Below are positions 10,248-18,167 of a stretch of 32,462 nt of DNA, piece by piece. A program made the position numbers and the translations under genes. The notes beneath the pieces were generated by a model. The model was given only the letters and a program-made list of their open reading frames with translations. It ran no database searches and was not told the origin of the DNA. Location of the stretch: assembly GCA_964349515.1 (NCBI GenBank), contig CAYGHG010000017.1, positions 1 to 32,462 of the forward strand. Reading direction: 5' to 3'. Numbering within the stretch: the stretch's first letter is position 1; the number at the start of each line of letters is the position of its first letter. This DNA comes from an uncultured Spirochaetia bacterium (GTDB taxonomy: Bacteria > Oederibacteriota > PGYV01 > CAYGHG01).

Positions 10248-11354
10248 TTACAGCCCGCCGCTTTCAAGGGCTTTCAGGTTCTTTTTTATTTCTTCTTCAA
10301 GCGCGGGCGGCAGCCCGAATAGTTTTACATCCATAAAACCGCTGACTATGGAAGATATTGCCTCTGATTTTGTGAGGCCGCGGGCCATAAGGTAGAGTAT
10401 CTGGTCTTCATCGAGTTTTCCTATGGCCGCTTCGTGGGACATGTTGACATCTTTGAACCTTGTTTCAAGCTCGGGGATGGCGGAAATCAACCCTGTATCT
10501 TTCAGCATCAATCCGTCGCATTCCAGATGAGCATATACACCGGGGGCGTTGCCTTCAAGTTTTCCGCGCGCTATAACGTCTCCTCCGCTTGAAACCGTGC
10601 GGCTTATTATCTCCGCGCGGCTTCCTTCGCCGTTTAGCCTTACCCGCGCGCCCAGGTCATAAACCGAGCCTTCCGGCGCGAGCACGAGGGAGTTAAATTT
10701 AGCGACGGCGTTTTTGCCTAAATCCGCGACAGGATACATCTGCGTGATTTTTGTTTCACGCAGGGCTATGTAGTTTGAAATGTAAGTGCCGTTTTCCTCA
10801 ACTTTTATCGCAGAGCGCGGCCTTACTTCCATGTTTTTTGACCAGTCGTGTATCATGGTGTACATTAACGTCGCTCCCTTATCTACGAACATCTCTGTGA
10901 CGCCGATGTGAGAGCCATCGCCGAGATGTGATGAAGAAGCACAGCCGTTTATGATGTGAAGGGAAGACCCTTCTTCTAAAAAAATCATGTTATGGACTTT
11001 TTGTCTGAATTTGTCCTGTTTAATGAAAAAACAGGCCTGAAAAGGCATGTATGCTTTTACGCCTTTGCTTACTTTTATGAAGTATCCCGACTGGGTGTCT
11101 TTAAATGCGTCTTTTGTATATTCGTCCTTTTCAGGGCTGACAAGTGTCCACATCTTTTCTTTTACCCTGGGGTATTTCTCAACAGCTTTCTGCAGGGAAA
11201 GCATCTCCACGCCCTCCTGCCTCATGGAAACGTGGGTCACGCCGCTGTCGGTCATCATAAATGAACCTGCGCGGTTGTTTTCGTCGAGGTTTATTCCGGC
11301 GCGTTCTATTTTTTCCTTATCTTTTGGATCGACTGTTATTTCGTGTCCCGGCAT
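10248..11354 (-). CDS. sufB: Fe-S cluster assembly scaffold protein of the SufB/SufD family.
   Basis: About 368 aa with a beta-helix-type SufBD C-terminal region. It lies immediately downstream of sufC and overlaps it by 19 nt. The ATG with a GGGAG RBS is preferred to the upstream GTG. Confidence 0.8.
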   Translation of the reverse strand: MPGHEITVDPKDKEKIERAGINLDENNRAGSFMMTDSGVTHVSMRQEGVEMLSLQKAVEKYPRVKEKMWTLVSPEKDEYTKDAFKDTQSGYFIKVSKGVKAYMPFQACFFIKQDKFRQKVHNMIFLEEGSSLHIINGCASSSHLGDGSHIGVTEMFVDKGATLMYTMIHDWSKNMEVRPRSAIKVEENGTYISNYIALRETKITQMYPVADLGKNAVAKFNSLVLAPEGSVYDLGARVRLNGEGSRAEIISRTVSSGGDVIARGKLEGNAPGVYAHLECDGLMLKDTGLISAIPELETRFKDVNMSHEAAIGKLDEDQILYLMARGLTKSEAISSIVSGFMDVKLFGLPPALEEEIKKNLKALESGGL

Positions 11355-12076
11355 GCCGCACACTCCCTGAATCCGTTTTTCTGAATATCTTCAAAAAGCC
11401 TTTTTGCATCGTGCCTGCATTTTATCTTTCCGTCAAGCAGGGTATAACCATAGTCCGCGTCCACATAGTCAAGGATGTAGCCTGTGTGCGTAATTATTAA
11501 TGATGATTTTATTCTTTTTTCTTTATCCAGGTCGCGGCCGAGCAGCTGCCTGATTTTTGAGCCGATGAGCTTCATATTTTCTATGTCAACACCCGACTCG
11601 GGTTCGTCAAACATAACAAATGAGGGTTTCTGGGCAAATAACTGAAGCAGCTCGGAGCGCTTTATCTCGCCGCCGGAAAAACCCTGGTTTATGTCCCGTT
11701 CCATTAGATACCCGAGGTTAAGCGCCTTTGCGGCGACAGAAGGGTCCATGTTTACGTTGTTTTTTGTTTTGATCAGGTCAGCCATGCCTGAGAGTTTAAT
11801 TCCCTTGATGGAGGGCGGCCTCTGGAAATACATGCCGATACCCAGCCTCGCGCGCTCGTCAACCGGCATTGTATCAATTCTGCGTCCGTTGAATTCTATT
11901 GAACCTGATTTGATTTTATACTGGGGATACCCCATGATTGCCATCAGCAGGGAAGTCTTGCCCGAGCCGTTTGGCCCGAAAAGTATGTGTGTCTCGCCGT
12001 CGGGTATTGAGAGTTCGATGCCGTTTAGTATTTCTTTGCCAAAAACATCCACGTGAAGGCCTTTTACTTCAAACAT
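11336..12076 (-). CDS. sufC: Fe-S cluster assembly ATPase SufC.
   Basis: Walker A GPNGSGKTSL, Q-loop, ABC signature LSGGEIKR and Walker B FVMFDEPESGVD. It has the typical SufC length with no TM domain. Start at MFEVKG with an AAGGAG RBS. Confidence 0.9.
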   Translation of the reverse strand: MFEVKGLHVDVFGKEILNGIELSIPDGETHILFGPNGSGKTSLLMAIMGYPQYKIKSGSIEFNGRRIDTMPVDERARLGIGMYFQRPPSIKGIKLSGMADLIKTKNNVNMDPSVAAKALNLGYLMERDINQGFSGGEIKRSELLQLFAQKPSFVMFDEPESGVDIENMKLIGSKIRQLLGRDLDKEKRIKSSLIITHTGYILDYVDADYGYTLLDGKIKCRHDAKRLFEDIQKNGFRECAACRDTK

Positions 12077-12193
12077 TATCAGCTCCTTTTTTATTTGTGA
12101 CAATATATCATATTATCAGGTCAAAAAAACAGTAAAAATATTTGACAGTGTAATGCGGGTATACTAACATAGGTGAATAAGGAGCGTGAAGAG

Positions 12194-13135
12194 ATGAACT
12201 ATAAATACAAATATTCAGGGCTTTTTTTGAGTGCGGCGGTTTTTATAATATTCTTCAGTGCCGTATCGGTATATGCTGGCGGCGGGCCCGAACCGGTGAT
12301 TTTACAGCACGGCATGCAGGCGCCGGAGGCCGCAGCGCAGGGCCAAAAAAGTGAAGCCCCGGTGATAAAACCCGTGGCTGAAAAATACAGGCATCTTCTT
12401 GCTGAAATATCCGACATCAGAAACATTCCCGTAATTCACCTGGATGAAGCAAAAGCCCTGCTTGAAAGCGGCGAAGCTGTGTTCATAGACGCAAGGTCAA
12501 GGCAGGAGTATAATGCCTCGCATATACCGGGCTCGGAGTATATAGGAGCGGGGGATGCCCGCTATCGCATACCGTATCTTCGCGAAAAACTTGAGGGAAA
12601 GGTGCTGGTGCCTTACTGCCACGGCACGGCGTGCAGGCTCTCTGACAAGGTGGCGCAGAGTCTTTTTGACGCGGGCTACAGAAGGCTTGTAATTTTTAAC
12701 GGCGGATGGCCTGAATGGACACAGGCTTTTATGCCGGTTGAAAAGTATAATCCGCCTGAAACATACAGGTTCCTTGACGAGCCTGCGCCTTCAATAGCCT
12801 CAATAAGAAAAGTCAGCATTGAGCAGGCGCGGTATATTTTTGATAATGCACTGGCGCATTTTATGGATGCGGATGCAGAGGCAAAGTTTCATGATTTCAG
12901 GGTTCAGAATGCATACTCCATACCGCCCGAACGTTTCGACGAGAAAATGAGGGCTTATAACGGCATCTTTTTGAACGGCCCGGTTATTATATACGGCAGG
13001 GATATGTTCGGAATGAGGGCCTCTGAAGCGGCAAAAAGGCTGTATAGCGCGGGTTACAAGAGGGTGTTTTTAATGAAGGGGAGCCTTTCAAAGTGGGAAA
13101 AAGCGGGGCATCCGGTTTTTAAAAAAGCAAAGTAA
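12194..13135 (+). CDS. Exported/membrane-anchored tandem rhodanese-domain protein. Domain 1 has active-site loop CHGTACR (CX5R); domain 2 has no Cys.
   Basis: N-terminal hydrophobic anchor/signal. First rhodanese domain: FIDARSRQEY...VLVPYCHGTACRLSDKVAQ...GGWPEW. The second domain is degenerate. ATG at 12194 is preceded by AAGGAG. The track's 12173 start is a GTG inside the RBS. Confidence 0.8.
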   Translation: MNYKYKYSGLFLSAAVFIIFFSAVSVYAGGGPEPVILQHGMQAPEAAAQGQKSEAPVIKPVAEKYRHLLAEISDIRNIPVIHLDEAKALLESGEAVFIDARSRQEYNASHIPGSEYIGAGDARYRIPYLREKLEGKVLVPYCHGTACRLSDKVAQSLFDAGYRRLVIFNGGWPEWTQAFMPVEKYNPPETYRFLDEPAPSIASIRKVSIEQARYIFDNALAHFMDADAEAKFHDFRVQNAYSIPPERFDEKMRAYNGIFLNGPVIIYGRDMFGMRASEAAKRLYSAGYKRVFLMKGSLSKWEKAGHPVFKKAK

Positions 13136-13158
13136 ATCCCTCTATAAAACAATTCTGC

Positions 13159-13206
13159 TTGACTTTCTGATTGCGCCTGCTAATATATGCGTGTTAGCGC
13201 ATATAT
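13159..13206 (+). promoter_or_regulatory. Promoter (TTGACT, 16-nt spacer, TAATAT) with an overlapping palindromic operator ATATATGCG-TGTTAG-CGCATATAT. It lies upstream of the permease operon.
   Basis: 9-bp perfect inverted arms (13183-13191 / 13198-13206) with a 6-nt spacer TGTTAG. It closely resembles the arsR operator at 8390-8417 (TAATATAT outer half-sites, TGTT(C/A)G spacer). Confidence 0.5.
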
Positions 13207-13228
13207 GCATATATTATAGGAGTCTTCA

Positions 13229-14380
13229 ATGAACGATACGAAAAAAGCAATTTACATAATAGCAGGTTTTTTGATTCTGTTTTTCATCCCTTTTGAAAAC
13301 GCCGCCGTACGCGGCGCTGTCATGGAAGCCTTTTACATGGCTCAGGACTACGCCCGCGAGCACGTACTGCTGTGCCTGATACCCGCGTTTTTGATAGCGG
13401 GCGCCATTGCGGTTTTTATCAAGAGCGATTCCGTGCTGAAATACCTGGGGGCCGGCGCTAATAAAATCATTGCTTACGGTGTTGCTGCGGTTTCCGGCAG
13501 CGTGCTGGCTGTTTGTTCCTGTACGGTGCTTCCTCTATTCGCCGGGCTATATAAAAGAGGAGCCGGCATCGGGCCTGCGACAGCTTTTCTGTATGCGGGC
13601 CCTGCGATAAATGTGCTTGCCATAATACTGACCGCAAGAGTGCTGGGGTTTGAGCTCGGGGTGGCAAGGGTAATAGGCGCGGTGGTGTTCTCTATTGTAA
13701 TAGGGCTTCTCATGCAGCTATTTTTTTCAAAAGAAGAAGAGAAGAGGATGGAATCATTTCAGGCTGAAACCGAAAAGGGCAAGCCGGCTTTTAAGCTGGT
13801 TTCCTATTTTTTAGTCATGATTGCACTGCTTGTTTTTCTTAACTGGGGCAAAGACGAGTCCATGCCTGTATGGAACTCAATACATCAGGCCAAGTGGATA
13901 ATCTCGGGGATACTGCTGGCTGTACTTGTTTTTATGTCTGTTTTTTGGTTCGGGAAAGAAGAGCGAAAAGAGTGGTTTGCCGAGTCAGGCGGTTTTGCGC
14001 TGCAGATAATGCCGCTTTTATTTGCAGGGGTGCTGATTGCAGGTTTTCTTCTGGGCAGGCCCGGGCACAGCGGAATAATACCGGCGGAATGGATATCATC
14101 GCTTGTGGGCGGCAACTCAATAAAAGCAAATCTTTTCGCGTCAGTTGCGGGCGCTTTTATGTACTTTGCGACGCTGACGGAGATACCGATACTTCAAGGG
14201 CTGATCGGCTCGGGTATGGGAAAGGGCCCGGCGCTTGCGCTGCTGCTTGCAGGCCCGGCGCTCAGCCTGCCAAACATGCTTGTCATTAACAGTGTGATGG
14301 GTTTTAAAAAGACGGCTGTTTACACAGTGCTTGTAATAGTCATGGCCGCTGTCTCGGGGATGATATACGGAAGTATTTAA
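13229..14380 (+). CDS. DUF318 / ArsP-like permease (COG0701 family, conserved CxC in a TM helix).
   Basis: Polytopic membrane protein with the CSC-containing helix AVCSCTVLPLFAGLYKRGAGIGPATAFLYAGPAINVLAI. Its pairing with a small 'redox-active disulfide protein 2' and an ArsR is the typical genomic context of this family. Confidence 0.8.
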   Translation: MNDTKKAIYIIAGFLILFFIPFENAAVRGAVMEAFYMAQDYAREHVLLCLIPAFLIAGAIAVFIKSDSVLKYLGAGANKIIAYGVAAVSGSVLAVCSCTVLPLFAGLYKRGAGIGPATAFLYAGPAINVLAIILTARVLGFELGVARVIGAVVFSIVIGLLMQLFFSKEEEKRMESFQAETEKGKPAFKLVSYFLVMIALLVFLNWGKDESMPVWNSIHQAKWIISGILLAVLVFMSVFWFGKEERKEWFAESGGFALQIMPLLFAGVLIAGFLLGRPGHSGIIPAEWISSLVGGNSIKANLFASVAGAFMYFATLTEIPILQGLIGSGMGKGPALALLLAGPALSLPNMLVINSVMGFKKTAVYTVLVIVMAAVSGMIYGSI

Positions 14381-14408
14381 GAATGCCAAATAGAAAAGGA
14401 GGAAACTG

Positions 14409-14837
14409 ATGAGTGATTGCTGCAAAGGAAAGAAAGGCAGTTATGTTTATTCCTGTTCGGGTGCGGCGGATACGGGCTTCATAAGCGACAGGGTTGCGAG
14501 AATGCTCTCTGTTGCCGGGCACGGCAGTATGTACTGTCTCGCGGGGCTGGGAGGCGGTATTGAATCATTTGTAAAATCAGCTTCCGAAGCGGAGAGAAAC
14601 ATAGTTATTGACGGCTGTGCGGTCAAGTGCGGAAAGAAGATAATGGACAGGCATAGTATCTCATGCGAAAGCTATGTAGTCACAGATTTTGGTTTTAAAA
14701 AGGGTGAAACGGGAATGAGCGAAGAACTCGTGAGATATGCTTTTGTGAAAATCAACGAAGCGGTGGAAACAAAAACACCGTCTGAAAACGTCCAATCTTC
14801 AGGGCCCGGCCCGTGCTCTTGCGGGGGTAAGTGCTGA
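14409..14837 (+). CDS. Cys-rich DGC-domain protein (putative metal/metalloid-binding).
   Basis: Conserved IDGCAVKCG (DGC motif). Cys clusters at the N-terminus (MSDCCKG, YSCSG) and C-terminus (GPGPCSCGGKC). RBS AAGGAGG. Confidence 0.65.
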   Translation: MSDCCKGKKGSYVYSCSGAADTGFISDRVARMLSVAGHGSMYCLAGLGGGIESFVKSASEAERNIVIDGCAVKCGKKIMDRHSISCESYVVTDFGFKKGETGMSEELVRYAFVKINEAVETKTPSENVQSSGPGPCSCGGKC

Positions 14838-15226
14838 TGGAGCGCGCCCTTGAAATGTTCGCGGCCCTGTCGGATAAAACCAGGCTCAGGGCATACAGGC
14901 TGCTAATCAGGGCCGGCAGTGATGTTGCTGTATGCGAACTGATTGACGCCCTGCGGGAGTCGCAGTACAACGTGTCAAAACACCTTCAGGTTTTAAAAAA
15001 TGCCGGGCTGGTAAAAGAGGCGAAAAAAGGGCGCTGGTCGCTTTACTCTGCCGTAGAGGGCGCTGACTCGGGAATCGCTCAGGCAGTGCTGAAAATGCGC
15101 GAGGAAGTTTTTGAAGAGGATTACGGGTTTCTTAAAAAAAGGCTTGCTTTGAGGCGCAACGGCGAGATAGTTTCGTGCAAACTCGCGGGAGAACTCATGG
15201 AAAGTTTAAAAGGAGAAAAAAAATGA
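14837..15226 (+). CDS. Second ArsR/SmtB-family regulator, lacking the CVC As(III) site.
   Basis: wHTH LSDKTRLRAYRLLIRAGSDVAVCELIDAL...NVSKHLQVLKNAGLV. The site has a single Cys (AVC) instead of CVC. The ATG overlaps the upstream stop (TGATG). Confidence 0.85.
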   Translation: MERALEMFAALSDKTRLRAYRLLIRAGSDVAVCELIDALRESQYNVSKHLQVLKNAGLVKEAKKGRWSLYSAVEGADSGIAQAVLKMREEVFEEDYGFLKKRLALRRNGEIVSCKLAGELMESLKGEKK

Positions 15227-15456
15227 AAATTTCAGTGTTGGGCACGGGCTGCCAGAAATGCCACAAGCTTGAAGAACTGGCGAGAAAAGTGGTAAGTGAA
15301 AACAATATTAAGGCTGAAGTGGAAAAGGTAAGTGAGATAAAAAAGATAATGGAATTTGGTGTTATGATGACCCCTGCCCTGGCAATTGACGGCAAAGTTG
15401 TTCTTGCCGGAAAAGTGCCTTCGGAACAGGAAATAAAAAAACTGCTCGGAGCATAA
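15223..15456 (+). CDS. Small thioredoxin-fold 'redox-active disulfide protein 2' (CxxC = GCQKC).
   Basis: 77 aa. Start at MKISVLGTGCQKCHKL, preceded by AAAGGAG. The ATGA junction overlaps the ArsR2 stop. This family is characteristically adjacent to DUF318 permeases. Confidence 0.8.
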   Translation: MKISVLGTGCQKCHKLEELARKVVSENNIKAEVEKVSEIKKIMEFGVMMTPALAIDGKVVLAGKVPSEQEIKKLLGA

Positions 15457-15465
15457 GGAGGAAAA

Positions 15466-15945
15466 ATGAAGAGGTTATTAATCGCAGCAGGAGTACTGGC
15501 GGTTGCGGCCGTATTTTTGTTCGCCGGAAGCAAACCCAAAACGCAGGTTTCAGCCGAGCAGTCAAATCAGCCGGGAGCGGTAAGTTTAAACCGGGTTTCA
15601 AAGGAAACTGCGCCAGCTGTAAAGGAAAAAGACGGCGCAAAGAAGAAGTACAAGGTCACTTTTGTGGAGTTGGGCTCTGTACGCTGCATCCCATGTAAGA
15701 TGATGATACCGATAATGGAAGAGGTGGAGAGGCGTTTTGGCGACGAGGTTCTGGTGGTGTTTCATGACGTGTGGACGCAGGAGGGCCAGCCCTACGCGGA
15801 CAAGTATAAAATAAGGGGAATACCCACGCAGGTTTTTCTTGACGCTGACGGCAAGGAATTTTTCAGGCATACAGGTTTTTTTCCAAAAGAAGAACTTTTC
15901 AAGGTGCTTGAAAAGGGCGGGGTAAACATCAATGCCGGCAGCTAA
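15466..15945 (+). CDS. Exported TlpA/MauD-like thioredoxin (CxxC = CIPC).
   Basis: Signal peptide. Thioredoxin fold with VELGSVRCIPCKMMIP active site and the cis-Pro region IRGIPTQVFLDADGKEF. RBS AAGGAGG. Confidence 0.8.
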   Translation: MKRLLIAAGVLAVAAVFLFAGSKPKTQVSAEQSNQPGAVSLNRVSKETAPAVKEKDGAKKKYKVTFVELGSVRCIPCKMMIPIMEEVERRFGDEVLVVFHDVWTQEGQPYADKYKIRGIPTQVFLDADGKEFFRHTGFFPKEELFKVLEKGGVNINAGS

Positions 15946-16420
15946 AAAGAGCAGAAGCCTGAAAAAGGCAGGTAAAAAAAAGCGGCCGGCCCTTCGCAGG
16001 CAGCCTGCGAAAAAAAGAAAGCCGGTAAAAAAAGAAGCTGAAAAAAGGGTTTTTAAGCCGGGGCACGGCATAATCGCCGCAATATTAATAGGGGTTTTGA
16101 TTTTCTCCGCGGTATCGGTTCTATCCGGTGCGGATAAAGAGGTAATAATGATAACCGATTCAAAGGCCTGCAAATGCGTGAAGGTCAGGTGTATTTCGAT
16201 GGAAGAGCAGGTAAGGGAACAGCTTTCAAAAAGCAAAGCAGGGGCAAAGTTCACACTTATAGAGCTCAAAGACGAGAAACGCTCCAAACCGCTTATGGAT
16301 AAATACACCATGGGAATGGTGCCCTGCCTTGTTGTGGTGGACAAAAATGACAGCGTTGTTTACAGCGCGGGTGCATTTAACTTTAACACGGAAGAATTTT
16401 CAGCCGTGCTAAAAAACTGA
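15932..16420 (+). CDS. Membrane-anchored protein with a polybasic N-terminal tail and a thioredoxin-like C-terminal domain carrying an atypical CKC (CxC) motif.
   Basis: N-terminus MPAAKKSRSLKKAGKKKRPALRRQPAKKRKPVKKEAEKR, then one TM helix. Trx-like pattern (VIMITDSKACKCVKV ... MGMVPCLVVVD ... EEFSAVLKN). It overlaps the upstream gene by 14 nt. No RBS is evident. Confidence 0.5.
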   Translation: MPAAKKSRSLKKAGKKKRPALRRQPAKKRKPVKKEAEKRVFKPGHGIIAAILIGVLIFSAVSVLSGADKEVIMITDSKACKCVKVRCISMEEQVREQLSKSKAGAKFTLIELKDEKRSKPLMDKYTMGMVPCLVVVDKNDSVVYSAGAFNFNTEEFSAVLKN

Positions 16421-16431
16421 AAGGATGAGCG

Positions 16432-17148
16432 ATGATTGAACAGATATTTACTTCACTTACTCTTGCGCTTGAAAAGAGCGCGCTTATTGCCGTAGGAGCT
16501 TCTTTCTTATGGGGAATACTCAGCATTGTCTTGAGCCCGTGCCATCTGGCGAGCATACCTCTTATTATAGGGTTTGTGAGCTCACAGGAGGAAAAACTGA
16601 CTGTCCGCAAGGCATTCATAATTTCGCTCTTGTTTTCAGCGGGTATTCTTATTACAATTGCCATTATAGGGCTGATAACGGGGCTGGCTGGCAGGATGCT
16701 CGGAGACCTGGGAATCTGGGGGACGCTCGGAGTATCGGCGGTGTTCTTTGTAATAGGGCTTCATCTGCTCGGACTTTTTGAGCTGCCTTTTATAAGCGGC
16801 GGAATGAACCAGCCGGGGTTTACAAAAAAAGGTTATGTGGCGGCTTTTGTGCTCGGGCTGGTATTCGGGCTTGCTCTCGGGCCGTGTACTTTTGCCTTTA
16901 TGATGCCGATACTTGCGGTTGCTTTCAAACAGGCCGCGGCCAACTGGTTCTATTCATTCACGCTTGTAGCGGCTTACGCCATAGGGCACTGCGGGGTAAT
17001 AGTGCTCGCAGGCACTTTTACGGAGGCTGTTGAGAAATACCTGAAATGGGGCGAGAAGTCAAAGGCTGTAATAATTATTAAAAAAACCTGCGGCGTGCTG
17101 ATATTGGCGGCAGGGGTTTACATGATAGCGGGTATAGTTAAATTTTAA
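16432..17148 (+). CDS. ccdA: CcdA/DsbD-family transmembrane thiol:disulfide electron transporter.
   Basis: Six TM helices with the two conserved membrane Cys residues in IVLSPCHLASIPL and LALGPCTFAFMMPILA. Confidence 0.85.
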   Translation: MIEQIFTSLTLALEKSALIAVGASFLWGILSIVLSPCHLASIPLIIGFVSSQEEKLTVRKAFIISLLFSAGILITIAIIGLITGLAGRMLGDLGIWGTLGVSAVFFVIGLHLLGLFELPFISGGMNQPGFTKKGYVAAFVLGLVFGLALGPCTFAFMMPILAVAFKQAAANWFYSFTLVAAYAIGHCGVIVLAGTFTEAVEKYLKWGEKSKAVIIIKKTCGVLILAAGVYMIAGIVKF

Positions 17149-17159
17149 GGAGGAAAGAC

Positions 17160-18161
17160 ATGAAGAAAAAAAAGGCAGGAAAAAAAGTAAAATCCGCAAA
17201 GACACCAAAAAAGCCCCCCGCAGCCGCTGCTGTTACATGGAAAGACACTCTGACAGGTTCGGTGATAATATGTGCGGTGGCGGCGGCTGTTGCCCTGATG
17301 TACACGGGCACGCGGGTGCTTGCGGGAGTTGACAAGATTGATACGCAAGGCGGCGCGGAAACTTCGGCGTCATCAGAACCTGCGCCCGAGACGCTTAAAA
17401 AAATACCGCTTCCGGCAAAGTTCAGGCATTTGGCAAATAATGTGGCTAAAAAAGAAGACATACCCAAGATACACATAGAAGAGGCAAAGGCGCTTTTTGA
17501 AAGCGGCCGGGCTCTTTTTATCGACGCGAGAAGCGAACAGGAGTATAAGCAGTCCAGGATACCCGGCTCAATTTTCATAAGCGCGGGCGACCAGCCTTCA
17601 AAGATAGAAACATTGGCCGAGAAGCTGAAGGGCAAAGTGCTTGTCCCTTACTGCCACGGCGCGGGCTGCCATTTATCGGACAAAGTCGCCCACAGGCTGC
17701 ATGATATGGGATACAAAAAGGTCGCGATATTTTTCGGAGGCTGGCCGGAATGGACACAGGCGGCAATGCCCATAGAGGAGTACACTCCTCCCGCTGAGTT
17801 TGCGCATCTTTTCAAGGAAACCGGTTCTGTGAGTGAAATCAGGGAGGTCACGCTTGAAGAGGCAAAATTTCTTTATGACAACGGGCTGGGTATTTTTGTG
17901 GATGCGGACTACCGCGAAAAATACAACGAAAAGACCATATCAGGAGCGATATCAATCCCTTATGACAGTGTAAAACAGATATACCCGTCTTACAGAGGTT
18001 ATCTGCTGCAGAAACCGGTTATTGTTTATTGCCATGGCCGCGGAGGGAAATCAAAAAAAGCCGCTGAAGAACTGTATAATGAAGGGATAAAGAAAATTAA
18101 TGTATTTATCAACGCAATACCGCTCTGGGAGCAAAACAGCTACCCTATGATAAAGAGGTAG
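17160..18161 (+). CDS. Membrane-anchored tandem rhodanese-domain protein with a polybasic N-terminal tail (paralog 2; loops CHGAGCH and CHGRGGK).
   Basis: Strong RBS AAGGAGG. N-terminus MKKKKAGKKVKSAKTPKKPP, then a TM helix. Domain 1: FIDARSEQEY...VLVPYCHGAGCHLSDKVAH...GGWPEW. Domain 2: VIVYCHGRGGKS. Confidence 0.8.
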   Translation: MKKKKAGKKVKSAKTPKKPPAAAAVTWKDTLTGSVIICAVAAAVALMYTGTRVLAGVDKIDTQGGAETSASSEPAPETLKKIPLPAKFRHLANNVAKKEDIPKIHIEEAKALFESGRALFIDARSEQEYKQSRIPGSIFISAGDQPSKIETLAEKLKGKVLVPYCHGAGCHLSDKVAHRLHDMGYKKVAIFFGGWPEWTQAAMPIEEYTPPAEFAHLFKETGSVSEIREVTLEEAKFLYDNGLGIFVDADYREKYNEKTISGAISIPYDSVKQIYPSYRGYLLQKPVIVYCHGRGGKSKKAAEELYNEGIKKINVFINAIPLWEQNSYPMIKR

Positions 18162-18167
18162 GTGAAA

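Noticed and set aside
12142-12170. TTGACA hexamer upstream of rhodanese 1, as a promoter.
   Set aside because: No acceptable -10 hexamer lies at 16-18 nt spacing (TACTAA is the best candidate). It is left uncalled, although a divergent promoter region for sufC and rhodanese 1 probably lies in 12077-12193.
15598-16344. 248-aa minus-strand ORF, and other long antisense ORFs (for example 28364-29005, 17138-17635, 21692-22117, 22353-22847).
   Set aside because: These overlap strongly supported + strand genes (thioredoxins, GT4, rhodanese, clpB). They have no start/RBS context and no recognisable domains. They are treated as spurious.
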